This document shows positions 39,795-48,811 of a stretch of 64,000 nt of DNA, piece after piece; positions within the stretch are counted from its first letter, which is position 1; every line of letters begins with the position of its first letter. The stretch is taken from positions 1-64,000 of IMG/VR virus record IMGVR_UViG_3300046737_000169. One strand, written 5' to 3'. The DNA is from a virus. The position numbers and the translations under genes are program-made. A model generated the notes under the pieces. The model searched no databases and was not told the origin of the DNA. It was given only the letters and a program-made list of their open reading frames with translations.

Positions 39795-40429
39795 GAGGGT
39801 AGCCACTTCTCGAACCGGGCCACGGCCTTGTGCAGCGCCTCGATCCCGCCCTTCTCGGTCCTCGCCACGGCTTCCAAAATGGGAAGTCCACTGTCGATCG
39901 AAGCCTGAACCTCAGCCCTGGTAGCGTCCCGGCCCTCGCAGATCCAGCCCACTTGCTCCGGCTCGCCCATCTGGATGAGCGGGCCCGTATCGGTGCGGAA
40001 GATCTCGTACTCGCGCGTCATCCAGAGCATGGCCACGCCTGGGTTGCGCGTGATCCCCATGCCGCCCACGTTCTCGCGCATCTGCTCGTTGTTGATGAGC
40101 TCGTCCTCGCGGCGCACCATCTTGGGGTTCGACAGGAACGGGCAGTTCTGCGCCGACCAGACCGCGCACTCCGCGTGCGACGGCGGCTCGCTCGAAGTCC
40201 GGTTGACGCCGCACATGGGACCGGCGACAAAGACTTTCCACACGCCCAGGCGTTCGCCGCAGACCCAGCACAGACGCTGCTTGATGGCGCTGATGAACTT
40301 CTGGTTGTCCATCGCCCTGAACTCGGGCTTGCCGTTGACATAGGCGACGAACCAAGGAATGGGAATGCCCTTGTCGGTGAGCTTCAGGGAGCGCATACGC
40401 GCGGGGAGAGTTTCCATGTTGATTGTCAT
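39791..40429 (-). CDS. Conserved Cys/His phage protein
   Basis: IPWFV..RLCWVCG..GPMC.VNR.S.EPPSH.EC..CPFL; ATGA-coupled to the recombinase. Confidence 0.7.
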   Translation of the reverse strand: MTINMETLPARMRSLKLTDKGIPIPWFVAYVNGKPEFRAMDNQKFISAIKQRLCWVCGERLGVWKVFVAGPMCGVNRTSSEPPSHAECAVWSAQNCPFLSNPKMVRREDELINNEQMRENVGGMGITRNPGVAMLWMTREYEIFRTDTGPLIQMGEPEQVGWICEGRDATRAEVQASIDSGLPILEAVARTEKGGIEALHKAVARFEKWLPS

Positions 40430-41241
40430 AGCTTGATCGCGTCGCACGCCGGGTTGGCAAGGTCCACGGTGCTTTTGAGGTAGCGGTCCGTGACCGCAAT
40501 GGAGGAGTGCCCCAAGGTCAACTGGATCTGCACAAGATCCGCTTTCCCTTTTAAGGCGAGCCGGGCGAACGTCCTGCGCAAATCGTGCGGCGCTAACTGG
40601 GGCACTCCGATCCGTTGGCCCGCCGCCTTTACGATCGCGTGAATGTGGTCTGCCGTCAACCCTTCCGCGCTCGCCTTCTCCTTCCAGACCCGCCGGAGCA
40701 CCGGCCCGGTGGAGACCTGAGCCGCCTGCAGCCACTCATGAAGCGCCAGGATGGCCCAGGAGGGCAGCGGGACCGTCCGGACCCTGCGCCCCTTCCCTAC
40801 CAGGTCGAGGAGCACCGTGCGGCCGTCGAGCGTCTGTACGTGGGCAACCTGGAGGCTGGCGAGTTCAGACCGCCGGAGCGCGGCGCCGGTCAGGAGGGCT
40901 AACAGGCAACGGTCACGCGCCCCGGCCAGTCCCGGCCCCGGCTCGAGAAGATTGCCCAACTGTCCGAGCGAGAGCCATGTGCCCATCTTCACACCCCGGA
41001 CGGGGAGCGAGCGGATCGCCTCGATCGCCATCATCTCGGCGGCGGGCGCGTTCTGCCGCGCCAGGTGCTTGAGCGCGGCCAGGTGCAGGTTCACCGTCGC
41101 GGGCGCGTATCCGCCGTCGCGCCGCTCGGCCACGTAGGTCTGGATGCCGGCGGCGGTAAGCTCTCGATCGTAGTTGCGCCAGATGGCGGCGTATGCCTCG
41201 CGCGATCGCTTCGCGTTGAGGGTTTCAAGACTCGTGTTCAT
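40426..41241 (-). CDS. Tyrosine recombinase/integrase (XerC/D-like)
   Basis: LRRSEL, GKGRRVR, HDLRRTFA, LGHSS..TDRY catalytic residues; short, no arm-binding domain. Confidence 0.9.
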   Translation of the reverse strand: MNTSLETLNAKRSREAYAAIWRNYDRELTAAGIQTYVAERRDGGYAPATVNLHLAALKHLARQNAPAAEMMAIEAIRSLPVRGVKMGTWLSLGQLGNLLEPGPGLAGARDRCLLALLTGAALRRSELASLQVAHVQTLDGRTVLLDLVGKGRRVRTVPLPSWAILALHEWLQAAQVSTGPVLRRVWKEKASAEGLTADHIHAIVKAAGQRIGVPQLAPHDLRRTFARLALKGKADLVQIQLTLGHSSIAVTDRYLKSTVDLANPACDAIKL

Positions 41242-41514
41242 TCACTGCGCTCCTTCGGTGCGCGCCAGTATCCGCACCCATTGATCGACCTTCCAGGCGA
41301 TGATGAGCACCGCGGTCATCTCGATGAGCGCCACCAGCACGCGCTCCCACTGAATACTCCACTCGCGATCCTTCTGGCTCCAGTGCTGATACCAGCCCGC
41401 GAAGACCACCAATAGGCCCATCGCCATGACCAGGAGGAACAGCCCGCCGAGCGGTCCGGCCAGATCCTGCAGCGGATGGACGGCGAGGTCGCGCAGGAGT
41501 TCAGGCGGCTTCAA
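41242..41514 (-). CDS. Two-TM membrane protein
   Basis: Two hydrophobic segments. Confidence 0.55.
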   Translation of the reverse strand: MKPPELLRDLAVHPLQDLAGPLGGLFLLVMAMGLLVVFAGWYQHWSQKDREWSIQWERVLVALIEMTAVLIIAWKVDQWVRILARTEGAQ

Positions 41515-41828
41515 GCCGCTCTCCGCTTCCGCATGACGTGGACCTTGGCGGGCGGCTCCTCCAGCCCGTACGCCCGCGCATCGAAGTAGTTCGTCAAGGG
41601 CAGGCGCGGGTTCTTCCGGCCGATATCGGTGTGCATGAACTCCTCGTAGGCATCACGCCCTGCGTCGGTGATGCGGAACCCGCGCGCCGGTTTAAACTCG
41701 ATCCACTCGTGGATCAACATCGAGCGGAACGGGCGCTGATCGAAGACCTTGGCCTGCTCGATGGACATATGCTGGCCGCTGGCGAAGAGCTCCAGGAGCG
41801 GGAACTGCCGGTTGGAGAGCCGCGTCAT
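41511..41828 (-). CDS. Winged-helix-like hypothetical protein
   Basis: LSNRQ..LL..RSMLIHEWI..RITDAGR. Confidence 0.6.
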   Translation of the reverse strand: MTRLSNRQFPLLELFASGQHMSIEQAKVFDQRPFRSMLIHEWIEFKPARGFRITDAGRDAYEEFMHTDIGRKNPRLPLTNYFDARAYGLEEPPAKVHVMRKRRAA

Positions 41829-42127
41829 GCTGCCACCGCCTGGGCTTCCGCCTTCCGCCTTTTGGCGGCGACTTTCATGCGGCGCCGCATCTCAGCCTTG
41901 CGCTCTGCCGGGTCATCAGACCAGCCCCGTTTGGGAGCCGCCACTATGGTATTCCCAATCGGCGCGGCGCTCTTCGGCGGCCGCCCCAGCTTCTTGTGCC
42001 CCTGGAGCGCGGCCAGTTGCTCGCGCAGCCCGTCGACCTCGCGCTGCACGATATCGAGTACGTGAACCATGCCTGGCAGCAGGGCCGCCATGCCCATCTG
42101 CGTGTACGTGGACTCCGTCGTCTTCAT
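41825..42127 (-). CDS. Basic coiled-coil/AT-hook-like protein
   Basis: Coiled coil, KLGRPPKS, basic C-terminal helix. Confidence 0.6.
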   Translation of the reverse strand: MKTTESTYTQMGMAALLPGMVHVLDIVQREVDGLREQLAALQGHKKLGRPPKSAAPIGNTIVAAPKRGWSDDPAERKAEMRRRMKVAAKRRKAEAQAVAA

Positions 42128-42390
42128 CGTCCGTGCCCCGCGTTGATCGCGGCCACGATGGCGCGTTCCTTCCTGGCTCTCTCCAGGCACTCGCCGCACT
42201 GCGCGCGGGTTGAGCAGTGGACCCACGGCGTATAGAGATCCTTGAGCGCATCGCGCAGGCACTCGCGCGCCGCCGCCTCGGCCTCTTCGACAAAGGAATC
42301 GTTGATGTAGACCGCCGGTGTGGAGTAGTCGTCAACGTACGCCGTCATCGCGGGCATCAAGGTCAGTTCAGTTGCAATATAGACAAGCAA
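42124..42390 (-). CDS. Hypothetical protein
   Basis: GAGGTGAAG RBS before TTG. Confidence 0.55.
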   Translation of the reverse strand: MLVYIATELTLMPAMTAYVDDYSTPAVYINDSFVEEAEAAARECLRDALKDLYTPWVHCSTRAQCGECLERARKERAIVAAINAGHGR

Positions 42391-42460
42391 GTTGCTTCAC
42401 CTCACTCAAAATAATACTGAAACTCTTCATTGACAAGCAAATATATTTTTGTCACCATCT
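42381..42460. promoter_or_regulatory. Divergent AT-rich control region
   Basis: TTGACA at 42430; inverted TGACAA-N12-TTGTCA; direct repeat GACAAGCAA at 42382 and 42432. Confidence 0.6.
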
Positions 42461-42471
42461 GATTGACGCCC

Positions 42472-42708
42472 ATGAAAGTGATAGCCACCTCGGTCAGTGA
42501 CGAAGAATTGATAGTCCTGCAGGACCGCGCAGACAAGTCCGGTCTGACGATCGCGGCGATGATCCGCGCGGGCCTGCGCTTACCAGCCGCCCGTAGGCGC
42601 GGGCGCCCAGGCGACGCGGTCAAGTGCAATATCTGCCGGCAACTGGTCAGTATCTCGTCGCTGGCCAAGCACCGGAAGGAGCACAAACTTGCCCTCGGAG
42701 CAGCCTAA
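42472..42708 (+). CDS. Ribbon-helix-helix regulator with C2H2-like finger
   Basis: VIATSVSDEE...LQDRADKSGLTIAAMIR; CNIC..HRKEH. Confidence 0.65.
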   Translation: MKVIATSVSDEELIVLQDRADKSGLTIAAMIRAGLRLPAARRRGRPGDAVKCNICRQLVSISSLAKHRKEHKLALGAA

Positions 42709-42928
42709 CGTACCGAGTCTCGAAGAGCGCATCCTGGCGCTCCTGAAGCATGTCGGAGAACCCGGCCGCTGCCGGGGCTGCGGATTGGCGATCTACTGGG
42801 TCCGTCACCCGGACTCCGGCCGTAACGCGCCGTACGATCCAGACGGTGTGAACCATTTCATCACCTGTCCGCGCGCCGACGACTTCCGGAAGAAGAAGGC
42901 GTTGGCAAAACGAGCCGCCCCGGCGTAA
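42689..42928 (+). CDS. Small Zn-binding phage protein
   Basis: CRGCG..I.W..P.DPDG.NHF.TCP. Confidence 0.65.
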   Translation: MPSEQPNVPSLEERILALLKHVGEPGRCRGCGLAIYWVRHPDSGRNAPYDPDGVNHFITCPRADDFRKKKALAKRAAPA

Positions 42929-42989
42929 TATCAGGAATCCAGTTTTTTTTGGAAGAGTCCCGTTTACGGGAAAGGGATGAGGAGATCAA

Positions 42990-43685
42990 ATGAAGAAGAT
43001 GTTTCTCGCGTCCGCGCTGGCACTGGCCTGCTCGGCGAATCTGGGAGCCACTCTGCTCAGCACGCTCGTTGCTGGCGGTTCGCTTTCCAATGCCAACATC
43101 ACCATCGATAACTTCGCGTTCACGCGCACTTGCAGCGGCGTCGGCGTATGCGCGCCCTTGGACGCCAGCGGTATTGACGTAACGCTGGTAGGCAATCAGA
43201 TCCGCTTCGCCGGCGGCTTCACCGCCCTTAGCAATGGCGGCTTCGCTACCGCAGATTTCCTCATCGCCTACGATCTTCAGTCCACTCTCGCCATTGGCGG
43301 CGTGGGTCTGCTGTTTAACGGCGCCGTAGTGGGAGATCAGTCCGCCGCCCAAGTGGTCGAGACCGTGCTGGCGACCGTGCCCTTCCTGCACGTCGCCGGT
43401 CAAGCCCAGGTCAACGCGCCCGGCGGCCCGCTCGCTGATGTGGCTATCCTCGACGCCGCCTACCAGGATCTGCGGATCGTCAAGGACATCTTCCTCGTGG
43501 GCTCCGATACCGAGGGCCTCGGCTACGCGACGATCTCGCTGATCGATCAGTTCTACGCCGGACCCGGCGTTGACCCGTTCTGCGTCGATGGGACGTGCGA
43601 CGATGTGCCGGAGCCGGGCACCTACGGCCTGATGGGCTCGGCCCTGATGGGCATCTACCTGATCCGCCGCCGTAGGGTAAGCTAG
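42990..43685 (+). CDS. PEP-CTERM sorting domain protein (moron)
   Basis: Signal peptide; C-terminal VPEPGTYGLMGSALMGIYLIRRRR. Confidence 0.9.
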   Translation: MKKMFLASALALACSANLGATLLSTLVAGGSLSNANITIDNFAFTRTCSGVGVCAPLDASGIDVTLVGNQIRFAGGFTALSNGGFATADFLIAYDLQSTLAIGGVGLLFNGAVVGDQSAAQVVETVLATVPFLHVAGQAQVNAPGGPLADVAILDAAYQDLRIVKDIFLVGSDTEGLGYATISLIDQFYAGPGVDPFCVDGTCDDVPEPGTYGLMGSALMGIYLIRRRRVS

Positions 43686-43724
43686 AGTCTCTTCCTCCTC
43701 CAGGGAAGCGAAGCTACGAAACTC

Positions 43725-43773
43725 AAAAGGGCGTCCCGGCAACCATCATCACCGGGGAACGCCCTTTTTTTTT
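43725..43773 (+). terminator. Rho-independent terminator
   Basis: AAAAGGGCGTCCCGG..CCGGGGAACGCCC followed by T9. Confidence 0.75.
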
Positions 43774-43790
43774 ATTTCGAGGTGAAACAC

Positions 43791-44585
43791 ATGCTCAAAA
43801 TTTCTGTCCTCGCGACATCGAGCGCCGGCAACGCTACGTTCGTCAGCGATGGAACCACCCGCCTGTTAGTCGATGCCGGACTCTCGCTCTACGACACCGC
43901 CGAGAGGCTCGCCGCGATCGGCGAAGACATCGACCGGATCAACGCCGTGCTCCTGACGCATCCGCATTCGGACCATGCGTTCGGCCTCACTACGCTCATC
44001 AAGCGCTGGCGCCGCGGCGGCGCCTTCGTGCCGGTGTACTGCTCGGCCTCCACATTCGAGGCGCTCGGCCAGATGATTCCGCCGCACTGGTATCGGCACG
44101 TTGCCCAGCACGACGAGTGGAAGGTTGGAGAATTGCACTGCGAGACGTTCGCCGTCGAGCACGACACCGGCGAGCCGCTCGGCTTCACCGTCGCCGATAC
44201 CGGGGGCAGGCGCGCCACGTTCGCGCTCGACCTGGGCAAGATCGACGGCTACCTGGGCGAGTACCTCGCCTGTGCGGAAGTGCTGTTCCTCGAGTCCAAT
44301 CACGATCCGGAGATGCTCGCGGCCGGACCGTACCAGTACAAGCTGAAGCAGCGCATCGCGCAAACGCACTTGTCGAATGCAGCCGCCTGTAAATGGATCG
44401 AGGAGCACATGACCTCGCGTACGGGTCACTTGCTCCTCGGTCACTTATCGAAAACCACCAACGATCCGGAACTGGTGCGCCTGATGGCCATGCGGGCGCT
44501 CAACGAGCGCGGCCTGGATTCGGGCGTCGTCGAAGTGATTGCGCCGGGAGAGCCGCCTTCAGGGCCGCTCGTCATCGACGACTAG
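43791..44585 (+). CDS. MBL-fold metallo-hydrolase (YycJ/WalJ-like)
   Basis: SSAGNA, LLVDAG, THPHSDH, EHD, LESNHD..L..GPY, HLSN, HLS..N. Confidence 0.9.
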   Translation: MLKISVLATSSAGNATFVSDGTTRLLVDAGLSLYDTAERLAAIGEDIDRINAVLLTHPHSDHAFGLTTLIKRWRRGGAFVPVYCSASTFEALGQMIPPHWYRHVAQHDEWKVGELHCETFAVEHDTGEPLGFTVADTGGRRATFALDLGKIDGYLGEYLACAEVLFLESNHDPEMLAAGPYQYKLKQRIAQTHLSNAAACKWIEEHMTSRTGHLLLGHLSKTTNDPELVRLMAMRALNERGLDSGVVEVIAPGEPPSGPLVIDD

Positions 44586-44836
44586 CACTCGCAGTTCTGC
44601 CAGGAGCGCCCGCACTCCGAGCAAAGGCCGGTGCGCGGGTGTCCAGCCGCCTGAGCGTAGGTGTCGGTCCAGGGCTCGGTCGTCGCCTCGACGGTCTGGC
44701 GCAGAACCAGGTCGTCGTCCGCCGGCTCAGCCGCCTGAGGTTCAGCCGCCTGAGTCAGCCGCCTCTTCTTCTCGGCGTTGGCCGCCTGCATCCGCGCCAG
44801 GGCCTCGCGTTGCGCGGGCGTCATCGGTATTGCCAT
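44582..44836 (-). CDS. Early-region hypothetical protein
   Basis: GAGGAG RBS; C-terminal CSECG..CEC. Confidence 0.6.
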   Translation of the reverse strand: MAIPMTPAQREALARMQAANAEKKRRLTQAAEPQAAEPADDDLVLRQTVEATTEPWTDTYAQAAGHPRTGLCSECGRSWQNCEC

Positions 44837-44849
44837 AGCTTTATTCTCC

Positions 44850-45119
44850 TCACGACTTCGGCCTCTTGGGGCAGTTGGCCCAGTGCCCGCGCAGGGTCGT
44901 CCCGCTGATGATGGCTCCGCAGCCCCACCAGCACTTGACCGACACGCCCTTGGGCCTCCCCAGGTTCCGGGGATCGCCCTTCTTGCGCCCCGGCTTCTTC
45001 TTCGGCGGTCCAGCCGCCCGTGCGGCGCTCACCGAGTTCGGGCACTCGGTGTGGTGCGCCTGATCGAGCCGCTCGAAAATGAACAGCCCGCAATTGCACT
45101 CAACCTGTTGTTGTTCCAC
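44850..45119 (-). CDS. Basic Zn-binding early protein
   Basis: GAGGTG RBS; CNC..H..C and CWWGCG..H...C. Confidence 0.6.
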   Translation of the reverse strand: MEQQQVECNCGLFIFERLDQAHHTECPNSVSAARAAGPPKKKPGRKKGDPRNLGRPKGVSVKCWWGCGAIISGTTLRGHWANCPKRPKS

Positions 45120-45123
45120 TCCC

Positions 45124-45184
45124 TTCACCTCTCATTGGGGAAATATCCCAGGAGGAGCGCTCGCAAGCGCCCTCCCTGCGATGC
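45124..45184 (-). repeat. Intergenic two-hairpin element, copy 1
   Basis: GCATCGCAGGGAGGG-cgcttgcgagcgc-TCCTCCTGGGATATTTCCC..GAGGTGAA. Confidence 0.85.
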
Positions 45185-45355
45185 TTACCGCATGTTGGCG
45201 ATCATCTGGTTCACCTTGCCTTGCCGCTTGTCCGGCGGCAGCGCGTCCATGATGTGCTGCGCCAGCATGAGCACCGCATGGGCCTCCTGCTTCGACATCT
45301 CGACCGTGATCTTGTCTGTGGTCTTCTTCAACTGGTCCTCGTTTCCCGCGTCCAT
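45185..45355 (-). CDS. Early-region hypothetical protein
   Basis: MDAGNEDQLKK..; stop abuts the repeat. Confidence 0.5.
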   Translation of the reverse strand: MDAGNEDQLKKTTDKITVEMSKQEAHAVLMLAQHIMDALPPDKRQGKVNQMIANMR

Positions 45356-45416
45356 CCGGCGATGGATTCGCGCCTGGAGCCGCCCGTCAGGACGGCCCCT
45401 CGGTGCGAGCCCTCCG

Positions 45417-46202
45417 CTACCGCGAGAACGGCTCGACAAAGATCGCGTACTCGCGCCCCTTGCCAATGCCCTCGATGGTCACCGTCTCGCACGCGCCGTC
45501 CATGCCGAACGCTTCCCAGAGTTGCCGGGTCCGCTCGTCGCTCCGGCCTACGGTGAACAGTAAGCTCGGCTCAGGCGCGGGCTCGACCTTGAAGTACATG
45601 CCATCGGCGAACCACTCGGCGAGGTGGGCGTGGACGTGGAACGAGGCGCTGCCGATCTGCATCGTGGAGTACAGCGACACCGGCGCGCCCCCGGTGTCCT
45701 GGACCGGCACGCCGTCGCGGTACTCGTCATCGCCGATAGCCTCCTCGTTGACCTTCCACTCGAAGTCGCTCGCCCTTGAAATGCGCACCACGTCGTCCTC
45801 GTTGTACTCGCCAGCACGCGCACCCGGCTGCGGAATCGGCGAACAGTCCTCACGGTCGCACTCGGACACCTCGCCCGCCCAGTCGCAGTGAGTGCAGTAC
45901 GCGGGCGAGTCCGGCCCCCACTCGCGCGTGTCGTCCTCGACCTCGGTTTCGACATGGTCGATCCCGTGATCGACGATGCGCGCCTCGATGTTCTGCGTCA
46001 CATACAGCTTGTCGGACTTCGCGCACCTGGGGCAGCAGAAACGCGGAGTGTAGATCCCTGCGGCGTCCTTGATTCCGAGCGCCATGCCCGCCCGTTTAGC
46101 CGCCAGCCAATCGTTGTAGCTCATCTGCGTGACGTTGTGCGCCACGTCCGCCTGCCAGTCTTCCACCGGCCACAGAATTTCAGTCGCCTGTTTTACGTCC
46201 AT
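45417..46202 (-). CDS. Acidic Zn-ribbon early protein
   Basis: GAGGTG RBS; CPRC..CTHC. Confidence 0.65.
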   Translation of the reverse strand: MDVKQATEILWPVEDWQADVAHNVTQMSYNDWLAAKRAGMALGIKDAAGIYTPRFCCPRCAKSDKLYVTQNIEARIVDHGIDHVETEVEDDTREWGPDSPAYCTHCDWAGEVSECDREDCSPIPQPGARAGEYNEDDVVRISRASDFEWKVNEEAIGDDEYRDGVPVQDTGGAPVSLYSTMQIGSASFHVHAHLAEWFADGMYFKVEPAPEPSLLFTVGRSDERTRQLWEAFGMDGACETVTIEGIGKGREYAIFVEPFSR

Positions 46203-46366
46203 CACTTCACCTCTTCTTCTTTCTCTTCGCCCAAAAATAGAAACAGCCAGCACTCGGTCCCTTCCACCTCCAGCGTCTCGCCGCTGAGGAGGATCACGCC
46301 GTCGTCGCCTACCCGCTCCTTGACCTTCGCCACAAACCGCCGCAACTCTTTGACCGTGACCGCCAT
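46202..46366 (-). CDS. Early-region protein (54 aa, not in ORF track)
   Basis: MAVTVKELRRFV..EEEVK*; TGATG coupling at both ends. Confidence 0.6.
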   Translation of the reverse strand: MAVTVKELRRFVAKVKERVGDDGVILLSGETLEVEGTECWLFLFLGEEKEEEVK

Positions 46367-46665
46367 CACTTCACCTCAACCTTTCTTCGGTTCTCTAATA
46401 CGTGCGCGATGGCCTGCTCGACCAACGCATCGCCCAGGCGCGCAAAGCGCCGGTCAGCCGCCTGTCGGGCGCGCTTCTCATACTCTTCGCGTGACCACGG
46501 GAGGAACACGGCCCGCCCGCCCAGGCCCTTGGCCTCGATGCGGCACTCTTCGCGCGTCATCAGGTAGCTGAGCCCCGGAGCCTTGAAAGTGTCGCGCCAC
46601 CGGCCCGTGACCGGATCTCGGCGCGAGCCCTGTAGCTTGTACTCAAACACCGGCTTCTTCTTCAT
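46366..46665 (-). CDS. Early-region hypothetical protein
   Basis: Coupled; ends EVK*. Confidence 0.6.
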   Translation of the reverse strand: MKKKPVFEYKLQGSRRDPVTGRWRDTFKAPGLSYLMTREECRIEAKGLGGRAVFLPWSREEYEKRARQAADRRFARLGDALVEQAIAHVLENRRKVEVK

Positions 46666-47207
46666 CGCTTCCCCTCCATCGGACACGCCTCGTCATGCTC
46701 TTCGCCGTACCAGGAGCGGTCGTCGCAGTCGCACACCGGGTCGTAGTCGCTCCAGTGGTTGTCCAGGTGATCGGCCAGATCCTTCGCGCCAGCCGCCCGT
46801 AGCGCGGCGAGGATAGCCGCGTGCTGCTCGCTATCGACCAGCAACTGCCGCACGCCCGTAGGTTCGTCGTCGCCCTCCTCTTCGTCGTTGGCCTTGTCCG
46901 CGCAACCGGGGCAAAGCTCGCGGTCCTCAGAGTCCCATCCCCAGTCGCCTGAGTCGGACGGGTTCACGTCCACGCGCTTGCACTCTTCGCACACGCGGAT
47001 GCCCGCCTCGTCGTTGCCGATCCAGACCCACGCCTGTACGTAGGCCCCGATATCGTCCTCGCCGTCGCGCGACACCGGCGCTTCGTCGTCCACCTCCAGC
47101 GTGCCTTCGTCGTAGTGAACGCGGATGGCCGCTGCCCGGTAGGCGTTGTCCAGGAGTTCTTTGTTGTCCTCGTTCATCGGGCTCGCATCACGAACCTTCT
47201 TTGCCAT
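46662..47207 (-). CDS. Acidic Cys-rich early protein
   Basis: GAGGTG RBS; LEVDDEAPVS..GAYVQAWVW; CEEC..CPGC. Confidence 0.65.
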   Translation of the reverse strand: MAKKVRDASPMNEDNKELLDNAYRAAAIRVHYDEGTLEVDDEAPVSRDGEDDIGAYVQAWVWIGNDEAGIRVCEECKRVDVNPSDSGDWGWDSEDRELCPGCADKANDEEEGDDEPTGVRQLLVDSEQHAAILAALRAAGAKDLADHLDNHWSDYDPVCDCDDRSWYGEEHDEACPMEGKR

Positions 47208-47401
47208 CACCTCACCTCCCTGGCGCGGGCGCGCTTGCGCTCGCGCATCCAGATATCGTCGTCGCGCCGGTCGTTGTCGCCAACAAGCCAGCCCATCATC
47301 CACATGCTCTGCTCGATCTTGGAGAGCGTAGCGGGCGCTTCGCAGGGAAGTCCCCGCAGGCCCGCCGCGCGCCCGTCATCGGAGACGTTAGGCTTTGCCA
47401 T
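47207..47401 (-). CDS. Early-region hypothetical protein
   Basis: GAGGTG RBS; coupled. Confidence 0.55.
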   Translation of the reverse strand: MAKPNVSDDGRAAGLRGLPCEAPATLSKIEQSMWMMGWLVGDNDRRDDDIWMRERKRARAREVR

Positions 47402-47885
47402 CGCCCTTCACCTCCATGTCAAGCTCCAGCCGCTCGCACAGGTCTTCGAGCGAAATGCCTTCGCAGATGTCGTCGTTTTCGAGTTCGACAACATCGCCGT
47501 CTTCGCCGAAAGCATCCTGCAACTCCTGCTCTAGTTCGTGCAGCGCATCCCAGTAGTGCGACTGCGCCGCCTGCGCCCGTTCGAGTGAATCGCGCACCTC
47601 GCGGTGTGGGTCCGGCTCCGGCTCTTCTTCTGCCGCTGGCCCCTGGTCTGAGAACACCTCGAAGCGCCCGCGCCAGTCTTCCATGAACTCGCCCAGGTTG
47701 TCGTAGATATCCGCCTCGCCGGGTTCGTCGCCCACCTGGACCTGCATACTCGCGCCGCTGTTCTCGCGCAGGTAGACCGGCAACCGGCGCGGCTCTGACT
47801 TGAGCTTGCCGTGCGCGGCGATGTCCGGGGGCAATGCCCCGGCATCGACTATGCCGATTTGAAACGTCACTTTCTTCGCCGCCAT
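47388..47885 (-). CDS. Highly acidic early protein
   Basis: GAGGTGAAGTGATG junction; D/E-rich. Confidence 0.65.
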   Translation of the reverse strand: MAAKKVTFQIGIVDAGALPPDIAAHGKLKSEPRRLPVYLRENSGASMQVQVGDEPGEADIYDNLGEFMEDWRGRFEVFSDQGPAAEEEPEPDPHREVRDSLERAQAAQSHYWDALHELEQELQDAFGEDGDVVELENDDICEGISLEDLCERLELDMEVKGDGKA

Positions 47886-48166
47886 CACTTCACCTCCTCG
47901 AAGCGGATGCGGAACTTCCGCCCGTCCTTCGTTGTGATCTCTTGGCCGTCCTCGAACTCCAGAGAGTTGATGAACATGAGCGTCCCCGGATGGTCAGGGT
48001 CTTCCTCGTCCCCCGGATACTCCAGTCCGTTCACCTCGGCCTCGCGCTCGGCCAGCCGCCGCGCCGCCCCAAATTCGTCGTCGTCCGGCTCGGCCTCCAT
48101 GAGTGCGCCACTCAAGCAGTCCTCATCGGCTCCGTACTCGCGCCACTGCAAAATCGTCAATACCAT
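47885..48166 (-). CDS. Highly acidic early protein
   Basis: Starts after repeat copy 2; ends EEVK*. Confidence 0.6.
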   Translation of the reverse strand: MVLTILQWREYGADEDCLSGALMEAEPDDDEFGAARRLAEREAEVNGLEYPGDEEDPDHPGTLMFINSLEFEDGQEITTKDGRKFRIRFEEVK

Positions 48167-48173
48167 TACCGCT

Positions 48174-48234
48174 TTCACCTCGGGAAGTGTCCCAGGAGTG
48201 GCAGCCGCCCGTGCTGCTGCCCTCCCTGCGATGC
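48174..48234 (-). repeat. Intergenic two-hairpin element, copy 2
   Basis: GCATCGCAGGGAGGG-cagcagcacgggcggctg-CCACTCCTGGGACACTTCCCGAGGTGAA. Confidence 0.85.
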
Positions 48235-48238
48235 TTTC

Positions 48239-48811
48239 CTAGACCGTCACCGGCACAAACTTCCAGTCCTGGCCCAGCGAGTCCTTCATGTCTTCCAGGC
48301 ACGCATAGTCATCGTCGTCACCGGCCCCCTCCATCGCCACGCGCACCAGACCGTCCGAGAGCCGGTAGACCTTGAACGCAGTTCCCTCGCCGCTCTCAAT
48401 CGAGCCCAGGTGCTCACCCGGATACGGCTGCGGCTCGTCGAACACAAGCACCGGCGGGTCTTCCCACGGCCCCTCGGAATCCCAGTAGTCAACCACCTTG
48501 TCAACCTCGGACATGAGCGGCTCAAGCGCCATGTGGTAGTCGTTGATTACGTCGTAGCCGGAGTTGCCGTAAATCAGGACCACTTCGCCCAGGAGCGCCA
48601 GCCGCCCGTCCGCGTCGCGCGTGGCATCCACATACAGGTGGTCGTCGTCGGTCGTCATGAGCGCGCGCATGATCTCGTTCGCCTTGCGTGATTGCCACAA
48701 GACAATCTCTTCGCCGTTGTGGACGCTGATGTTGTGGCCCCTGGCGAGCGCAGTCTGCACAAACGTGCCGATCACATGCCGCTCGATAAACTGCCTGATT
48801 CTCACTGTCAC
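48239..48811 (-). CDS. Early-region protein
   Basis: ISVHNGEE..LMTTDDD..VVLIYGN.G.DVINDY pattern. Confidence 0.65.
   Translation of the reverse strand: MTVRIRQFIERHVIGTFVQTALARGHNISVHNGEEIVLWQSRKANEIMRALMTTDDDHLYVDATRDADGRLALLGEVVLIYGNSGYDVINDYHMALEPLMSEVDKVVDYWDSEGPWEDPPVLVFDEPQPYPGEHLGSIESGEGTAFKVYRLSDGLVRVAMEGAGDDDDYACLEDMKDSLGQDWKFVPVTV

Noticed and set aside
40426-42460. attP or dif site for the recombinase
   Set aside because: No convincing core site; the 42431-42454 palindrome is better explained as an operator/promoter
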